Made by a program: the position numbers and the translations under genes
From: Felis catus
Taxonomy: Eukaryota
DNA length: 64,000 bases
Assembly: GCF_018350175.1 (NCBI RefSeq)
Contig: NC_058368.1
Location: 203,176,001 to 203,240,000, forward strand
Direction: 5' to 3'
Shown here: in pieces, positions 49,940 through 64,000 of the stretch
Layout: the number at the start of each line of letters is the position of its first letter
Numbering within the stretch: the first letter of the stretch is position 1
Notes under the pieces: generated by a model
Databases searched by the model: none
Seen by the model: only the letters and a program-made list of their open reading frames with translations
What the model was told of the DNA's origin: nothing

Positions 49940-51010
49940 CGCTCAGTTCAGGAAGTAGAACATTACCAGTAGCTTTGAAGAATTCTCCTTCCACTGAGAC
50001 CCCAATCTCATCCCTCTTTCTCCCCACCCCGAGGTAACCGCTATCCTGAACTTTGTGTTTGCAGTTCTTTTGTTTGTCTGTATAGTTTTATCTGAGTGGA
50101 TATTCTTAAATATTTACTCTCTGAAGGTCAACCCTGGACTTGTGCAGTGAACAACCGTTGTGACCATTCAAGGTAGTCCTAGCTGTATATTGTTCAGTTT
50201 TGATGTTTTGGAACTTTTTATAAATGGAGTCATGCTAAGTATTTTCATCTGTGATGAGTTTAGCCATTCAACTTTAGGTTTCTGAGACTTACCTATTTTG
50301 GATAGGTAATTGTAGTTTGCTTTTAGGTTATATAGAATTACCTTTATGGAAAGATTTCAATAGGGTAATCCTCCTGTTCAACATTTGCATTGTTTCTCAT
50401 TTTTGGGTATTTCAAATAATCCTCCTTGAATGTATCTTCCCTATGGTATATGCCAGAAGTGGAACAGTTGGGTCATCTTCAACTTTATTAGGGTGTCAAA
50501 TATTTTTTCTAAGAAATTGTTTCCACTTGCTAGAAATTTATCATCAGCAACACTTGATATTGTCAGAGTTAAACTTTTGCTCATTTGGTGTGTGTAAAAT
50601 GATCCTTTTTGGTGTGGTTCTAATTTACATTTCCCTGGCTATTGGTGAATTTGAACATGCTTTAATACATTTACTGGTCATTTGTATTTCCTCTGTTCTG
50701 ACATGCTTGTTCAGGAGTTGTCCATCTTTTTTCAAATGATTTGTAAATGTGTTTTCCAGTTTATGACCCGACTTTTCACTTTCTTTATTGTATCATTTGA
50801 TACATATAATTTCTTAACTTCAGTGTGGTCATATTTATGTTTTGCTCATTTTTAAATCTGCTTGAAGTGATACTTAGCAACCCTGATGTTGTAGATATAT
50901 TACCTGTTTTATTAATTTTTTCACATTTTAATCTTTAATTCATCTGGAATTGATTTTTGTAGATGGTGTGAGATAAGGGTCCATTTTTCATGTGTTTCCT
51001 TATGACTAAT
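49940..51010 (-). mobile_element. Old L1M 3' fragment
   Basis: gaacattaccag...gaggtaaccgctatcctgaac...taaatggagtcat...gtggttctaatttacatttccctg...catctggaattgatttttgt..atggtgtgagata motifs. Confidence 0.65.
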
Positions 51011-52009
51011 AAATCATTTCTTCCCATACTACAGGTAGCTGAGATCAATGGTAACATTCCTATAATAGCTGCACTTCTGGATTTCCTGAAAGCAACTTTC
51101 CTGCCTCTAATTTCCTGCATTAACACATTCTGCTCTCAACAATCAGGCTGAACTCTGAGTGTTACAATATTGTTGAAGGAATAGTCAAATGTAGAAACTT
51201 GAATTTGCTAACAAATGTAGACGATTCTAAATGTTTTCCCAAGCAATGGAGTAAAAAAGACAGCTGGGGATAGTACAGAAGGATATTGCAAATTTCAGAG
51301 GATGGGACATTGAGGTTTATAGGTTGAGTGATTAGAATAATCACAAATCAGATAGGAAGGATAGTATGTTCACATGTGCACACATGAGCACACACATGTA
51401 TGTACACAGAGGCAACCCTCAACATTCTCAAGTTTGGTTTTTGTACATTATTCAGCAAATATTAATATTTCTCAAATTGCCTCTTGTACAATGAAGTTGA
51501 ACTTTTATGCATCAGAAAATAGTAGACTTCAATCTCTAGTTCAAATAGTAGATGGCAACGATCCTTAGAATTGGTAGCACTTAGAGATCTATGAGGATCA
51601 GTCTAGTTCATTCAGGATTTAAATCATTTGAGTTGTTGAGTTCATCTTTAAAATGGAAACAATAGCCTATCTACCTGATAATAGTATTAGGTTTAAATAA
51701 GATGATGATACGTCAGAGTGCTTCCAAGAGTGATAAGCATGTTGTGAATGTTCAATAAATTTTAGCTGCTGTTGTGATTATCTAGCGCTCTGTCGTCTTT
51801 GGGATAGGGATCAGGAAGATGAACTAATCCACACATCCTAATGAGATAACAGACACTACTTTTCCTGAGCCTGCCCTCACCGCCTGAACCCCCAACACTC
51901 ACACAATATCTATTTTATGTTTGTGAGAAGTTTTCATTTATAACACCCCTAACACGTACCACTTGGGATCATAAAATAATATTCTGTAGAACAGTGATAA
52001 CATTGTATG

Positions 52010-52160
52010 GACCTCAAACTAGCAGTATCAGCATCACCTGGGTACTAGAAATGTTTCTTTGGGAGTCTCACCCTAGATCAACTCAAACTCAAACTCTGGG
52101 GGTATGGCGCCCAGCAATGCACATTTTAGCATATGCCTTAGGTCATTCTGATGCATGCTA
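52010..52160 (+). mobile_element. MER5A-like hAT
   Basis: agcagtatcagcatcacctggg..ctagaaatg...aactctgggg...cccagcaat...ttctgatgcatgctaaaatttgagaaacactg. Confidence 0.75.
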
Positions 52161-53075
52161 AAATTTGAGAAACACTGCTTTAGGGTGTCATTCTGGGTCA
52201 TGGTTGGGAAAATAATTTACCCCATATGGTACATATAGATTTTAATTAACAGACTACTTACAGAGGGGTAGACAGGGTTAACAGAGCAAATGAGGGATGG
52301 CGAAATACTCAAAGACTAGCCACTGTCGTCAGACATGCCCACCTCAAGTTCTGAACGGGCGAAAAAAAGAAAGCATATTACCAGAGCCCTGAGAGACCTG
52401 TGCTCTGAAGGAGGAACCACTTGATGGGATCTGTCATCATGGGAAATACAAAACAGGGAGGACATAAGGAAGAAATACCCTAACTTCTCTCCTCTCATAT
52501 TCTTTATCCAAACCAGCTACAAACCAGTCAGCAAAGGAGCCCCAAGGCAGACAGTCCTCAGGACTCAGCTTCCCAGTTTAGGGAGCATGGCAGAGAAGGA
52601 CAGAGAATAGATTTGGAAGCTGGGTGCAAATGGACAATAACCAGCAGCTATACTGTGAAGCCTGAGCAAAGAGGCTGACAGAAATAGGAGCTGAGCGCAC
52701 TGTCATTAATATAGGCGGTAATTCGAAAGACAGATCAGGCATCTCCTCAGTGTCCCCTCTTCCTACTTCCAGTTAGAAGGACTGAAATAGTAGACACCAG
52801 TTTCAGATGAGAAAATTTTAGCTTCGTTGAACAAATGGCTATCATGTGATTGACACTGGACTGGGCACTGGGGATTCAGCTGTAACTAAAACAAAATTCT
52901 TGCTCTGATATGCTAGCCTAGGGGGATGGAAAATAAACAAGTAGGTAATACTCCATGTGGATAAGCACTCTGGAGCATAAGATACAAGATTAGAAAACAG
53001 AGAGTGATGATGGGGAGGTTGCTTTTTTAATCAAGTTGATTAAAAAAAAGAAAAAGAAAAAAAGAACTTCACTAT

Positions 53076-53307
53076 GGGGGATGCCTGGGCAGCTCACTTG
53101 GTTAAGTGTCTGACCCTTGGTTTAAGCTCAGGGCATGATCTCCTGGTTCATGGGTTTGAGCCCCTGCATCTGGCTCTGTAATGGCAGCTGTGGAGCCTGC
53201 TTGGGTTTCCCTCTCTCCCTCTCTCTCTACCCCTCCCTCACTTGCTCTCTATCTCTCAAAATAAATGAACATTAAACAAAACAAAACAAAACCAAAAAAC
53301 AAACAAA
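53076..53307 (+). mobile_element. Can-SINE within an L2 fragment
   Basis: gggggatgcctgggcagctcacttggttaagtgtctgac..., (CAAA)n tail. Confidence 0.88.
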
Positions 53308-53764
53308 CCTCCCTAAGGGACATTTGAACAGAGAACTGAAGGGAATAAAGGAGTGAACCTTGAAGACATCTGAACAAAGAGAGTTTCAGGCAGACAAAAG
53401 AATAAGTACATGGGCTCGTAAGGAGCAGAAGGAGGAATGGGAGATAATATCAAAGGTAGCAGAAGTTACTTCCATTGTATTTCTAATCCCATAATGAAAT
53501 CGGCTTGTTTATGGTTGGTATCCAGGGCTAAGCCCTAAGCCCTCTTTCTGTAAAGAAATAGGGTTTTTATTAATTGTATATTTACAGCAATACAAATTCA
53601 CTGCATAAGATCTGGGACACTTAGAAGCTGTTACGATCTTTTTCTTTCTGTAAATCTTTGTAGTAGTTGTTGTTTGTTTCTTATTTTTGGAAAGGGTGAT
53701 ATGTCCCATCCAATAAATCCCATCATATTTCATAATCTGAGAGTATTTTAAAATTTAAATAAAC

Positions 53765-54275
53765 TTCTAAAAATTTTAGAATACTTTTAGATTTACAGAA
53801 CAGTTGCAAAGATATTATGGAATTCTATTTCTGTATACCCCTCAACCAGTGTCTATTTTTAACATGTTACATTACCATGGTGCGTATGTCACAGCTAAGA
53901 AACCAGCACTGGTGCATATTCATTAACTAAACTCCACTCTGTTTGGATTTCACTCGTTTTTCCATAATGTCCCTTTTCTGTTCCAAGAGCCCATCAAGAT
54001 ACCGCATTACATTTAGTTGTCACATCTCTTTAGCATCCCCTGGTCTGTGAGAGCTTCCCAGGTTCTCCTAGTTGCTCATGACCTTGACAGTTTGGAGGAG
54101 TACTGGTCAGTTTATTTGGAAACTACCTCTGAAAGAGGTTTGTTTAATATTTTTTCATGGTTAGATTGGGGTTATGGGTTTCAGAGAGGAGCACCACAGA
54201 GCTAAAGTGCCATTCTCATCAAATTATATTAAGCATACATGCTATCAACATGACGTATTTTTGTGATGATTTTAA
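53765..54275 (-). mobile_element. L1MC-like 3' end
   Basis: ttttagatttacagaacagttgcaaagat...attaactaaactcca...ttctgttccaag.gcccatcaagatacc.cattacatttagttgtca...catgaccttgacagttt. Confidence 0.7.
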
Positions 54276-55917
54276 ACAAAGAATTTAACAATTACAGACT
54301 TGCATAGGGGATAAACACCATATATATATTTGGAAATGCAAGGAGAAATTGGGTATTTTTGTAGTAAGGTAAGATGGTATATTTCTGTACTTTGCATATA
54401 TATATACACAAACACATATACACGCAAAAGGATATAGTTTTTGCATACCTACATATGCTTTTTTAAAGTAAAAACTGACCACAAGATGTCGCTGTTAACT
54501 AATGTATGAGCAAGACGGTTGCTTCAAAGAGCAGTTAGGTTTTGCAAGGCATATGTGGTTAGAACCCATAATTTTAAAACTTTGGCAATAAGTAACCCCC
54601 AAAATGTTTCAGTTTTACAAAACCACTAGAATGTTTCGAGTTTGGGATGTTACATTTTTTGTCTTTGAGTTTCACAAAAAATTTTCCCTGGAATTCACAC
54701 CCAAGTCTATTTATTTGGAAATTTAATTTAAAACAATATGTTTTTTTTTTTTAATGAAGTTGAACGCTCTATTCTTAAATAGAAAACAAATCCACAGAAA
54801 TCACTCTGAGTTTATATTATCCTTTTGACCAGTAACAATAGCGTTATTTTCACTAATGAGGATTTCCTCAAGAAAAAAATTTAATAGAAAATGAAAGAGC
54901 ATCATACACGATGCTTTACATAACTAGAATGGGTCTTCTCCCCAAATAATAATTTAGAAATAAAATTATTAAATTTGAATCTTTTACTTTTCCACTACAT
55001 AATTTTAAAAAATGACTCTGCATGTAAAGAGGAAAGAAGTCTATTTTTAACCCCCTACTTCCAGCATATCCATATTTAAACTTTCCTGGATATAACAATT
55101 TTAATTTCCAAAGCAGATCCTGTAACTCTGACTCTGTTATGGTTTTGCTGTTTACTCACCCTACTTTCTCTAGAGTCTTCTCTCCCCTTGTTTTTCTTCT
55201 GCCCCTGACAGTACCTTTCATTTGTTCCATTCTTTACGAATTTAGGGTAGCCTTGTCCATTGTTGAATAGCATTAATGACCAGAAAGCTCTTAATAGTTG
55301 AGCTACCTGTCTACCTCTCTGTAGCTTTTACCCACTGGCCCTACTTTTGTCCTTGGGAACCATGCAAAGCTAAATCCTTTCTTGCTTTACATAACAGATT
55401 TTCAAATACTTGGTGACAATTGTCTTTTACTTCCCTAAGCTTCTCTTTCATTTTCCTAAACTCACCCAGACTTTTTGGCCATTTTAATATTAGTCCTGCT
55501 TTTAGATCTCCATCATCCTACCACTCTCCTCTGATATTATAGACTTGCAATGGTCTTCTTAAAATGTGAAGCACAGAACTGAAATTTAATATGGTAGACA
55601 TAGCTGGAGAAGCGAAGAATGCATTGGGGCCATTTTGGTAACCTGAAGACATTACCCACTTTATTAATTTATCAACCCTTTGTAAACCCTCTGCTAATGA
55701 AATACTGCCACCTGGGTTCCTAGTGGTCTGATGAGTGTGTGTGCATGTGTCTGGTGTCTGTGTGTATGTGTGTATGTGTCTGACTCCCATCTACCTCTCT
55801 AGCCTTATTCTGAACTTTAAGGCTTCTGACATCTAGGTTATGGCTGACCAAACAGAAAAAAAGTTTCACTTCCTCTTTTAATGACACAGGCCAAGATGTG
55901 TATGTTTGACATAAAAT

Positions 55918-55998
55918 CCTCTCTCTCTCTCTCTCCCTCTCTCTCTCTCTCTATATATATATATAGATATATACATGTATATGTATGTGTGTGTATAT
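55918..55998. repeat. (CT)n(TA)n(TG)n compound microsatellite
   Basis: Seen directly. Confidence 0.9.
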
Positions 55999-56269
55999 TT
56001 CTATATATCCAATGAGTTCTTATATCATTCATGTGGAATCTTTCCATGTGATTATCAATAGTACAGAAAAGGGGAAAGTCATATTTGCTAGATTTCTTTA
56101 ATAATGTAGCCAAAGCAGGCCAACTGGAACTGGACTTGAAATCCCAAATGTTTGAATTGTCATCTAGATTTAAAACCTAGGACCTAAATTAACTTATGAA
56201 TTAACGAACTCTCTTGGAATACAACGCCTAAGCTGGTCGGCTATATAAATAGCAAACAATGGGATAGTA

Positions 56270-56485
56270 GGATAGTGAAGTGGCTTAGGATGTAAGGATA
56301 AGAAACAGATGGACTGGTTTCAAGTCTGTGTCTCCCGCTTACTAGCTATGATACTTGGGCAGCCCCCGTATTTGCTTTGATACCTACTCCCAGGGTCGGT
56401 GTCAGGGTTAATTGAGGTGAGGTATATAGGCTCTTAGTATAGCACCTGGTCCATAGAGTGCACTCAGTGAAATATAGCTATTATG
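56270..56485 (+). mobile_element. MIR
   Basis: ggtttcaagtc...gcttactagctatgatacttgggca...ggctcttagtatagcacctggtccatagagtgcactcagtgaaat.tagctatt. Confidence 0.65.
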
Positions 56486-56632
56486 ATTAATAGCAAACAA
56501 TTCTTAAATACATTCGTACTTTCTGTATACATAGAATTGACATATTTAAAGAAACACATTGATGGATTTACAATGATACCAGAATACCTGGCCTCTCTGT
56601 AGTCCAGTTAGTGCTTATGAAAAAGCTGTCAA

Positions 56633-56862
56633 GGGGCGCCTGGGTGGCGCAGTCGGTTAAGCGTCCGACTTCAGCCAGGTCACGATCTCGCGGTCCGTGA
56701 GTTCGAGCCCCGCGTCAGGCTCTGGGCTGATGGCTCGGAGCCTGGAGCCTGTTTCCAATTCTGTGTCTCCCTCTCTCTCTGCCCCTCCCCCGTTCATGCT
56801 CTGTCTCTCTCTGTCCCAAAAATAAATAAAAATGTTGAAAAAAAAATTAAAAAAAAAAAAAA
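56633..56862 (+). mobile_element. Young feline Can-SINE
   Basis: CpG-intact body; perfect TSD gaaaaagctgtcaa at 56619 and 56863. Confidence 0.95.
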
Positions 56863-59800
56863 GAAAAAGCTGTCAAGAATTGGAGAATTGGCTTCCTGTG
56901 ATGGGATAGAACTATCTCACAGAGGATTGATTTTTAACTGAAGCTTAATCAACAATCTAACCAAGTGATCTTTCTCCTTTCCTGAATGTGGCAATAGTAG
57001 CATTTGGCTCTGGTTTATTGGACCACCAAATTTTAGTCTGCATGGGGTCACGACAGAGAGGGCAGCTAAACCTCCTTCGTTTCTCTCCTCACTACCTCTT
57101 CAAATTCTGGGTCTTCTTTTCAACTTGGGGCTCTCAAAAAACTGAGACTTACTGGAGGAAAATAAAAACCTTCGTATGATAAACCACACTTTATACCCTT
57201 GGTATTTTAGAAGATGGTTCCATTAAAATCAAGGCCTCTGTATTGGTTCCTTTAAATGAAGACAGTTTGGAGAATTTCAAAAGGCTTTCACCATTACCTC
57301 ATTCCCATCCCATGGGTGCCTTTAAACGGCCAGTTCAGCAGGAAATCAGATGATGAATTTCTCAATACTGTGTTATGAACTAAAGAACGACAGACTTTCC
57401 TCCCATGTCCAGTATCCACCGTTATCAGTCTTTCACCAGAAGTTCATCATCTGGCACAGGTCTTACAATATGTTGCCCCAACACAATTTGGCTCTGGCAC
57501 AGTGACCATTTCATCTTCACTGATAATCTAGTGATTTGTTCCGACTGATTTGTCTGACACTAGAATATGTCACAGTTACAATACAGATCTGCTATTATGA
57601 ATTATGTATGTTATTGAGTTATTAGGAAAGCAGATTGAGCCATATTCACCTACAGGCTCTATGGTATCATGAAATTTAAATTGGGCAATTTGATAAAATT
57701 TATTAGTTCTTTTAGCAATTTACTACATAAGTTCTGTAGTCACAGGTATTTTGTCAAGTTATTCATACAGCTATCCTGACTACAGTCCTGACTTAGGGAT
57801 CTATAAGATCTGTAGGGGTTTCCCCTTCTTTTCTTTGGATCTTACTCTATTAAAGAGACAATTTTATCATATATAAAGCTAAAACTTTATTTTTGCATTG
57901 ATAATTTGCACGCAAAAGATACCTTCTTAAGCCAGGGAATTTCAAATTTGGATCCATAGTTCTGTTCCTTTCCAGTTTGTGAGAACAATTTTTCCCTTTG
58001 AAAGGAATCTATACATTAGCTTGAGAGGCAATACTTAGAGTGCATTTATAAGCAACAAGCACAATCTCATTAAGTTCTCTTTAATTTAATTTCAGTGATA
58101 TTGATTTTATCTGAAGGACACATCATTCTTGATTTTTCTGATGTGCAAGACTGTACACAAATTACTGTAAACCTCACTCTCTGGCCTTTTTCTCTCAGAG
58201 GATAGTTAAGGTCAGCGATGATGTATGTTCCAGGACATTGTCAGGAAGGAGAGTAAAAAGTCCTCTCTAAAAGCTGTCCCCTTCACTTGTCTTCTTATAA
58301 TTGGAGATGGGCGGCGGGGGGTGGGGGGGGGACTACCCACCAATATGGTTGCTGGCTCTAAATCTGTGTACCTTCTTCACTCTGGAGCTCAGCGCAATCT
58401 GAGCATTGGGACAGACTCTCTGTGGGAGTTGGTAGAAGTTCATCACTCAACCCTGTGCTTATAGACCATAAATGTTCCAGGAAAACATCACAGAGCACTG
58501 GGCCTGTAGGCTCAATGGCCCCAGACTCTCAGTCAGTCCTCTTTGATATAAGTGAGATAATCTGGGTTCTAAAACACAATGCCTTTGCAATCCAATGATC
58601 ACTAAACAATTTATATGATGACGTTGACTCAGCTTCTAAAGTTGGTCAGTGAATACCAGGAGCGGTGTGCTGACTTACAATTGGAAGACAGACCTAGCTT
58701 TACTTCATGTTTGTTTTTTGTAAGATAGCTAACCAAAAGAACTACCAACTTTGGCATGTGAATACGAAATGGATATTTATATCACAATTCACTTATAAAT
58801 GACAAATTTGTGAGAACAGGAAGGCTTATAATGATTGATCTCCCCATGTGCGCATGGCTCTGTAATGTTACAAAACTGACATGATTTTCCAAAGAAAAGC
58901 ATGTTTTGCTTCTACTGAGTAGAGCCCTCAGATTCTGCTCTCATTTATGCACTATGGGCATCAGCAGGGAATCTGGCAGAGAGACTCTGCTATTAATGAC
59001 TTTGGACCAGGAAATTTCCTTGAAATTCTTATTGGCACTACAAATATCATCTTCACTTAATGTCTGGAGTTTATAGGACTTGTTGGACTTGCAATGGCTC
59101 ACTTTAATTTGCAGTTCTAGATGATTTCCATGGATCATCATCAAAAACTGTGTGTTAAAACTCTGTTACTTAACTCTATCTATTACCTAATATGGATTAG
59201 AAGCCTTCCAATGAGGTAGAATGAATCGGCTATGGATCTATTTCCGCATCTGAACTTAAGCACTGAACTCCGGTAATGCCAGCAGCTCGTCACTGCCCTC
59301 GTCTTTGTTACCTGCCCTTCCCCCAGTGATCACACAGACAAATGTAGCTTGGGTCCCCTCCCCCTTCCTGTCCATCTGCCACATATTCACTTTTCACCAG
59401 CACTTAATTCTCTATCAAAATATTTTTCCAGGATGAGAAAAGAACCAACTTCCAGGCAAAAGAAAAAAAGTGATTCTAGTTAATGACTTCCAGATAAGAA
59501 TTTGCTTATTTTCCTAATGGCCTACTGTGTCCTGCTAAGCTATCATGTCACAAACAGAATAGATAACTTTAATGGGAGAACTGCCTAAAGATCTTGGGAC
59601 ATAGCCACAGCCCCTTTGTCTACATAAAATATTTTTTTAAAATAAGTAAATTAATGGGAGCTGCAAACAAGTGGAATCTAAGAATAATATAACTAAGTCT
59701 TCGGGCAAAATATGTTTACAACATGTGAAATTAATAAACATAAAATCTCTAGAGACTAAATGCATCGTTTTTCATCTATCATGAGAAAACATTTTCTGTA

Positions 59801-61734
59801 CATGGGAGACAGTGTGGAAAAGGTGACTGTGGTGAGAACGCGTTTGTTCCCTCGAAGGCAAGATGGAGAATTCCAGTCTTGCATTGTGCCACGCACGCAT
59901 CCCCCCGCTGTTTTCTGCCATAATTACCTGAGACACATCACCCAGCACAGCCACTAATATGAAACCCCTGCTCAACAGAATGTAAGGACTACACAAACAG
60001 TAATGATGGTCTTTAGCTCACCACAGTGGGCTGACCACATCAAACATGAATGAATAGTTGGTTTCCAGAATACTGTCAAATAACAGAAAACCATCTGTTG
60101 CTGAAAATAACATTGGGTGGTGGAAAAAGAGATCCCCAAATTGTTTTTTCCCTCATAATAATAAATGAAATACAGTAAAACTATTAATAAAAACACAATA
60201 GCAGACCGGAGCTATCATTTAAGAAAAACATTTCAGTATGTTTTATTATAGTTAACAGTTACAGAGAGGAAAAGTAAAAATTTGGGCAGAACTGTGGTTA
60301 CCATTTTCAGAACTACGCTAACATGGAGAGTACCTCACCTGCCTCCAGGAAAACACTTCCTTTTTGCCTGTTTTTCTCAATCTGTAAATGATGCCCAAGG
60401 GGGATCTCTTTAAAGAGATACTGGGTTTAATGTTTGTAACGTGGTTTTTTGCCCCGAAGTTTAAAAAAAAAAAAAAAAGTAAAGTACAAAGTATTATTAT
60501 AGCATTTGTGGCATTTAAACCTATAATTAAAGTGACCAAATATTTTCCATACACCCCCCCCTTACATTCAGTTCTTTACAAATTTTTTGCAAGTTCATAA
60601 TTTGAAGCTAAAACTTTCCCCATTCTATTCATTAGTAGCTTGGAATCACTTAAAAATTATTCAAACAAGTTTATGTTTTGGTGATCTGTCTTGGATAATT
60701 TGAAAGCCTCTGATGTTTCTATGTAAAGCAAAAATAATTCTGTATTTTGGATTAGACCTTAAAATGAAATGTAGCATGCAGGACACCAAAGGGAGCTTAA
60801 ATTCAGTTGGGAAATAATAGTTTAATGATAATATCATTCATAGATTAAAACCATGATGTAAACATGTTCTGTTGCAAATTTTGCTTTGGAAATGCATTAT
60901 TGATACTTGGATCAGTTCCTCCTCTCTCATTTGACTTATTACCTCATCAACTGGTTGTTTGAATGCTGTACAGAAAACCTAGAATATAATAATTGTTTTC
61001 ATATTTTGAAAAAGATTATATTTCTAGAAACAAGATACATTCCAAAATTTTCCCTTACATTATGCTTCTTCATCGTTTAAGAAAAACAGTAAGCATGTAA
61101 ACTTTTAAGATGAATTATGATCTTATAAACATATACTATAACAAAATTCCATCAGAGATTAATGATAATATTTTAGTTTTTGCTCTTTAACACTTAAGCA
61201 ATAGATATTATGAGGTGGGGGTACAGGATGAGGGCGGAGAGGAGGAAGGTGAATAATCCTTTCAACTTTAGGTATTACATATACATTTCTTTTATATTTG
61301 TTTCAAATCCAGTAACCAGAAAGTGCAACTGGCCAGGCTATTCATTCTATGTTGTCAATAAAAGGAACCAGCGGATGAAGACTTGTTTTTTTCATTCTCA
61401 GAGGTTTGGTAAAGATACTGCATATTTTGCACACTTAAGAGCACAGATCATCATGTTATTTTGAGAATATTCCATGTTCCACTGGATCAGGCAAAAGCAG
61501 CACCAAAGAATTAGACACAGAGAGTTATTTCAAGGAATTGAGAGAAACAGAAAGTAATTTCAATACAGCGTGTTGAATGATACCTTGAAAGTAAATTTTC
61601 AGGGTTTGGGCAGTAGTTGGAGGAGAAAGTTGTAACAGCCCTGGACAGTCGGCAAGGACAGTTTAGAGGATGGTGAGCTACCTCAGACCTTTCCCAGTGA
61701 GTCTCCAAATGCTCTGGAATTTAATGAGATCCTT

Positions 61735-61885
61735 GTTTCTCATAGTATGGTCCAGGGACTGGCATCATTGCATTTCCTGGAAGCTTGTTGATATGCAGAA
61801 TTTAGGGCCCCAATCCAGACCTCCTATATTTTAGAGATTACTAGGCAATTCATGTGTACATTAAGTTTGAGACGCATTATCCTAG
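61735..61885 (+). mobile_element. MER5A-like hAT
   Basis: agtatggtccagggactggcatcattgcatt.cctggaagcttgttg.atatgcagaat..aggcccc..tccagacc...acattaagtttgaga. Confidence 0.7.
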
Positions 61886-63574
61886 ATTCTGTCTTCTTAA
61901 TAACCTTCAAACCCAGCTGAAAACAGGCATTTGTATTTCCTTCTATGTTTGAATTTTGGGAAGACACCTCTCAAAGAGCGCCTCCAGTTCATGCAAAGTG
62001 TTTCAAGCGGAAAGAATGGGCCCAAGATAACCCTTGATTCTAATTCCCCACAGCCTCCTCGTGAGTAAAATGGTTCACAAGTTCCTGTTTGCCAAGGGCA
62101 CGTGAAAGAGATAATAAGAGGCCTGGGGATCTGAAGCCGGAAAGGATGAAGAGGGCAGCTCATGGAACAGAGGCCCCTTCTGTCTCAGTCTTAGAAATTT
62201 CTCCCTATGCTCAGACACCCTCCAGGAAGAGGTGAGGAAGAAGGGTGATGTGGAATGGGAGAATTAGCACAGGGCAGAGTCTTTGATTTAGCCAGCTCAT
62301 CTGAAAGAGACCAAGTTTTAACCAGAAGAAACTGGTTTGCCTTGCAGGGTGAAGTTTATAAGGTTGTTCTCTATTAGCAGATAAGGACTAGGAGCAAAAA
62401 TAATTCTTTTATGCAAAATAAAACCGTACTTTTGTACACCTGATTAATAATATGACCATTTTAAACCACAATATAAACAAGAGAGATCTTTGCTTAAAAT
62501 CCTTTAGTGACTTCTTATGGCTACAGAATTTTAACTTGGCACACATCATTTTATTTGGTTCTTGCCTTCCTCTCTAACATCACTTCCTAAAACCAGCAAT
62601 GGAGACTGGAAAAAAAAAAAAGTGTTATAGAAACAGAAGGAAATTTCAATGCAAGTTCTAAGCCAGTTAGACCTTTTGGCATGTGTGTGTATATGTATGT
62701 GTCTGTCAGTTTGTCTGGCCGTAATACATATGACATTACTCCTTTACCAGTTAACCCTGACAAAAATAACATTGCATTAAAAAATCATCCCCAAACTGAA
62801 CAGGAGGGAAAATAGCCAAATATACAACTGGCATCAGAATCATATGAACGATTTGTTACAAATTCAAATTCTTGAAATAAAATTGGCTTAAAACACTAAA
62901 CCGCTCGTACTCATTGATCTGCACATTGGCTGAACGTTTTCGAAGCTGGGCTTGTTTGGGTGGTTCCACTGGTCATAACTGGACCCACTCCGGCTTCTGA
63001 AGCCAGCTTGGTTAGGCCAGCGGTTGTTCCACCCCATGGTTGATATCCTCCTCAGGAGACCAGAGGCTAGCCTAAGCTGCCCTTCTTACTGTGCTGCCAG
63101 AAGTTCTAATCTACAGAGCCCATCAGGAGACAGATTATAAACCTGCTTATGTCATTGATGCCAACATCTCCCTGACCAGAGATAGTCACAGGAAAACACC
63201 CTTTGTCAAGGAGTGGGAAAGTCTGCTCCTCCAACTACAGAAAAGCACTGCCAAAGTTACAGGCCAAAGAATATGGATGGATAATTCAATAACTATGGAT
63301 GGAACAAAGAACAAAAAAAGTAATCCACTTCGACACAAATCTCCTCTTAAAAATAACCGACACCACATCATAAGGATCTAGCGATTGGTAACAATTAGCG
63401 ATGCAAATCTAGCCCAGTGGTGGTTAATCTCTCCACAATATGTTCCCATGATCAAATCCTGTTTTGATTTTCCTATCTTTTAGAAAAAGATGTATAATTA
63501 TAAAATTAATCACCAAATTATGTTTAATAATTTACACACTTATAAATTCAATTGTATTACTTTCATGTTCTAGA

Positions 63575-63820
63575 GAGGGGTCAATAAACTATATAGCCTT
63601 CAGGTCAAATCTTGCCAACCATCTGATTTTGTAAATAAAGTTTTATTGGATCACAACTACTCTCATTTGCTTACCTATTGTCTATGGCTGCTCTTATATA
63701 TAGCTACAACAGCAGAGTTGAACACTTGTGGTAGAGATCATGTTGCCTGCTGAAATATTTACTGAAAAAGCTGAAAATATTTACTCTCTCACCCTCTATA
63801 GAAAACTAGACACTTCTGAT
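63575..63820 (+). mobile_element. MER58A-like hAT
   Basis: aggggtcaataaacta...ggtcaaatc...tttgtaaataaagttttattgga.cacaactac..tcatttg...gctgaaaatatttact. Confidence 0.75.
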
Positions 63821-64000
63821 TATCATATTTAAGGCACGATTACCAGTTAATTCTTCTTAGATACCACTAACGATTATCTTCTTTCAAAAAGAAGAAAGCT
63901 TTATTAACAGAACCAGGATTGCAAAGCACATCTGGCTGACTCCAAGGCCAATGCTTCTTCCAGGATACCATACTGTGTCCACAGTATTTATTCTACTTTT

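Noticed and set aside
50317..50739. 140-aa hydrophobic ORF
   Set aside because: T-rich antisense strand of an old L1.
57349..57525. Possible C/D box snoRNA (ATGATGA ... CTGA)
   Set aside because: Box spacing is too long, there is no convincing terminal stem, and it is not in a known host intron.
58308..58332. G-run suggesting a G-quadruplex
   Set aside because: Short isolated tract of a common kind with no supporting context.

Overview
Mammalian genomic DNA, almost certainly felid: it carries many tRNA-derived Can-SINEs of the feline type and a cat-type L1 3' end. I find one protein-coding gene, a complete MRPS30 (mitoribosomal mL65) on the minus strand. It has 5 coding exons (38120-37532, 35930-35785, 35051-34946, 33444-33268, 31145-30856), all GT-AG, giving 1308 nt and 435 aa, with a CpG-island promoter. 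The rest is intergenic and rich in SINEs, MIR/L2/L1 remnants, MaLR/ERV LTRs, hAT DNA transposons and microsatellites. I see no new gene system. The most unusual structure is in MRPS30 intron 3, where two oppositely oriented SINEs inserted almost exactly at the two splice sites. One target-site duplication (TSD) copied the 5' splice donor; the other copied the polypyrimidine tract and displaced the likely branch region. Intron 1 also holds a very strong cryptic acceptor that could create a poison exon. Repeat family names come from recalled consensus motifs, not database searches, and boundaries of old repeats are approximate.
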